Below are positions 48,079 through 49,171 of a stretch of DNA of 49,171 nucleotides, one piece after another (within the stretch, counting starts at the first letter, position 1; each line of letters opens with the position of its first letter). The DNA comes from an uncultured Candidatus Kuenenia sp. (GTDB lineage Bacteria > Planctomycetota > Planctomycetia > Pirellulales > UBA1268). Where the stretch lies: positions 5,947 to 55,117 of the forward strand of contig CAZODJ010000002.1 of the NCBI GenBank assembly GCA_964578555.1. Reading direction: 5' to 3'. The notes below the pieces were generated by a model. That model had not been told where the DNA came from and did no database searches. It worked only from the letters and a program-made list of their open reading frames with translations. Made by a program: the position numbers and the translations under genes.

Positions 48079-49171
48079 ATGGTCAACCGCAACCTCATTC
48101 GCGAACTGGAACTCGGAGACGATCTCGACACGGAATTGCAACAGGCCCTCGCGGCCGCCGAAGCGGAGGAATACTCGGTCGGTGCCGCCACCCTCGCGGT
48201 AAACGCGGTGCTCCACGGGAAGGTGCTGCGGGTCGACGACGAGTTCGTGCTGGTCGACGTTGGCTACAAGAGCGAGGGTCAGATCCCGCGGAACGAGTGG
48301 GACGAAGGCGAGCCGGTGCCGCAGATCGGCGACACCGTGAAGGTGCTCCTCGAAGAGTTCGAGGACGGCGCCCTGGAAGAGCAGCGGGGCATGATCTCGC
48401 TCTCCAAGCGCAAGGCCCAGCGGATCGAAGACTGGCTCAACGTGATGTCGAGCGTCAAGGAGAATGACGTCGTCACGGGCTACGTGCTGCGGAAGATCAA
48501 GGGCGGCCTGCTCGTCGACATTTCCGGGGTCAACGTCTTCCTGCCCGCGAGCCAGGTCGACATCCGTCGCCCCGCCGATATCGGCGACTACTGCGGCCGT
48601 GCGATCCAGTGCCTCGTGCTGAAGATCGACGACGTCCGTCGCAACATCGTCGTCTCCCGTCGGGCCCTCATCGAGCAGGAGCGGGCGGAGCGGAAGAAGC
48701 AACTCATGGAAGTGCTCGAGGTGGGCCAGATCCGCCGCGGCATCGTCAAGAACATCGCCGACTTCGGTGCCTTCGTGGACCTTGGCGGCATCGACGGTCT
48801 GCTCCACATCACCGACATGTCGTGGGGCCGCATCGGCCATCCCAGCGAGATGGTGTCGATCGATCAGGAGATCGAGGTGCAGGTGCTCCACATCGACCGC
48901 GAGCGGGAGAAGATCGCGCTCGGCATGAAGCAACGGACGGCCAGCCCGTGGGCTCAGGTTGCCGACAAGTATCCGGTCGACACGGTCTGCATGGGCACGG
49001 TCGTCAACGTGATGAGCTACGGCGCGTTCGTGAAACTCGAGGACGGCGTCGAGGGGCTCGTGCACATCTCGGAGATGAGCTGGACCAAGCGGGTGAGCCA
49101 CCCGAGCGAACTGGTCAAGCCGGGCGACGAGGTCGAGGTGGTGGTGCTCGCCATCAACAAGGAGAAGCAGG
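48079..49171 (+). CDS. rpsA: 30S ribosomal protein S1, 5' portion (continues beyond the window)
   Basis: My own translation from the ATG at 48079 reads MVNRNLIRELELGDD...GKVLRVDDEFVLVDVGYKSEGQIP...GYVLRKIKGGLLVDISGVNVFLPASQVD...GIVKNIADFGAFVDLGGIDGLLHITDMSW...GTVVNVMSYGAFVKLEDGVEGLVHISEMSW. These are successive S1 domains. It has no stop in the window, so it is absent from the ORF track. Confidence 0.9.
   Translation, partial: MVNRNLIRELELGDDLDTELQQALAAAEAEEYSVGAATLAVNAVLHGKVLRVDDEFVLVDVGYKSEGQIPRNEWDEGEPVPQIGDTVKVLLEEFEDGALEEQRGMISLSKRKAQRIEDWLNVMSSVKENDVVTGYVLRKIKGGLLVDISGVNVFLPASQVDIRRPADIGDYCGRAIQCLVLKIDDVRRNIVVSRRALIEQERAERKKQLMEVLEVGQIRRGIVKNIADFGAFVDLGGIDGLLHITDMSWGRIGHPSEMVSIDQEIEVQVLHIDREREKIALGMKQRTASPWAQVADKYPVDTVCMGTVVNVMSYGAFVKLEDGVEGLVHISEMSWTKRVSHPSELVKPGDEVEVVVLAINKEKQ

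Noticed and set aside
48046-49101. 351-aa minus-strand ORF, the only ORF the track offers at the right end of the window
   Set aside because: The + strand translates into consecutive S1 domains of ribosomal protein S1 from the ATG at 48079. That gene has no stop in the window, so it is missing from the track. The minus ORF is its antisense shadow.

Overview
This is a high-GC window (about two-thirds G+C by eye) of what looks like ordinary chromosome, not a mobile island. The gene content suggests Planctomycetota: an HExxH peptidase resembling the Rhodopirellula-type DUF1570 family, many secreted low-complexity proteins, and a soluble PAS chemoreceptor. That taxonomic call is inference only.

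Gene order:
- a secreted barrel-like protein and a flavin reductase
- a three-gene sugar ABC importer
- a ThiF/MoeB E1-like enzyme and argB-argD-argF
- a porin-like protein
- a seven-gene chemotaxis operon (cheW-mcp-cheR-cheA-cheC/X-cheD-cheY)
- a LysR regulator followed by gltB-gltD
- a block of poorly characterised genes: LRR-like repeat protein, HExxH peptidase, proline-rich secreted staphylococcal-type nuclease, very basic protein, tRNA-Gly(CCC), small low-GC membrane protein, AsmA-like protein, Cys/His-rich secreted protein, lipoprotein, class-II cytochrome c-like protein, ClpP-like protein
- a two-gene operon encoding a secreted protein and a P-loop NTPase with transmembrane helices between its Walker motifs
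- a Wzx-like flippase, a GT-B-like protein, ApbE, DedA, a sigma-54 activator, a sugar-phosphate isomerase-like protein and a transglutaminase-like protein
- the 5' part of rpsA, which runs off the window and is missing from the ORF track

I saw no rRNA, CRISPR array, transposase, integrase or phage genes.

The best candidate for an undescribed system is the secreted-protein plus TM-inserted (KAP/Tmn-like) NTPase operon at 37589-39638, possibly with the divergent ClpP-like gene. Next are the CHGR-repeat Cys/His-rich secreted protein and the LRR-like/peptidase/nuclease neighbourhood.

All family calls rest on motif recognition by eye, with no database search run. Most long opposite-strand ORFs in the track are GC-driven artefacts.
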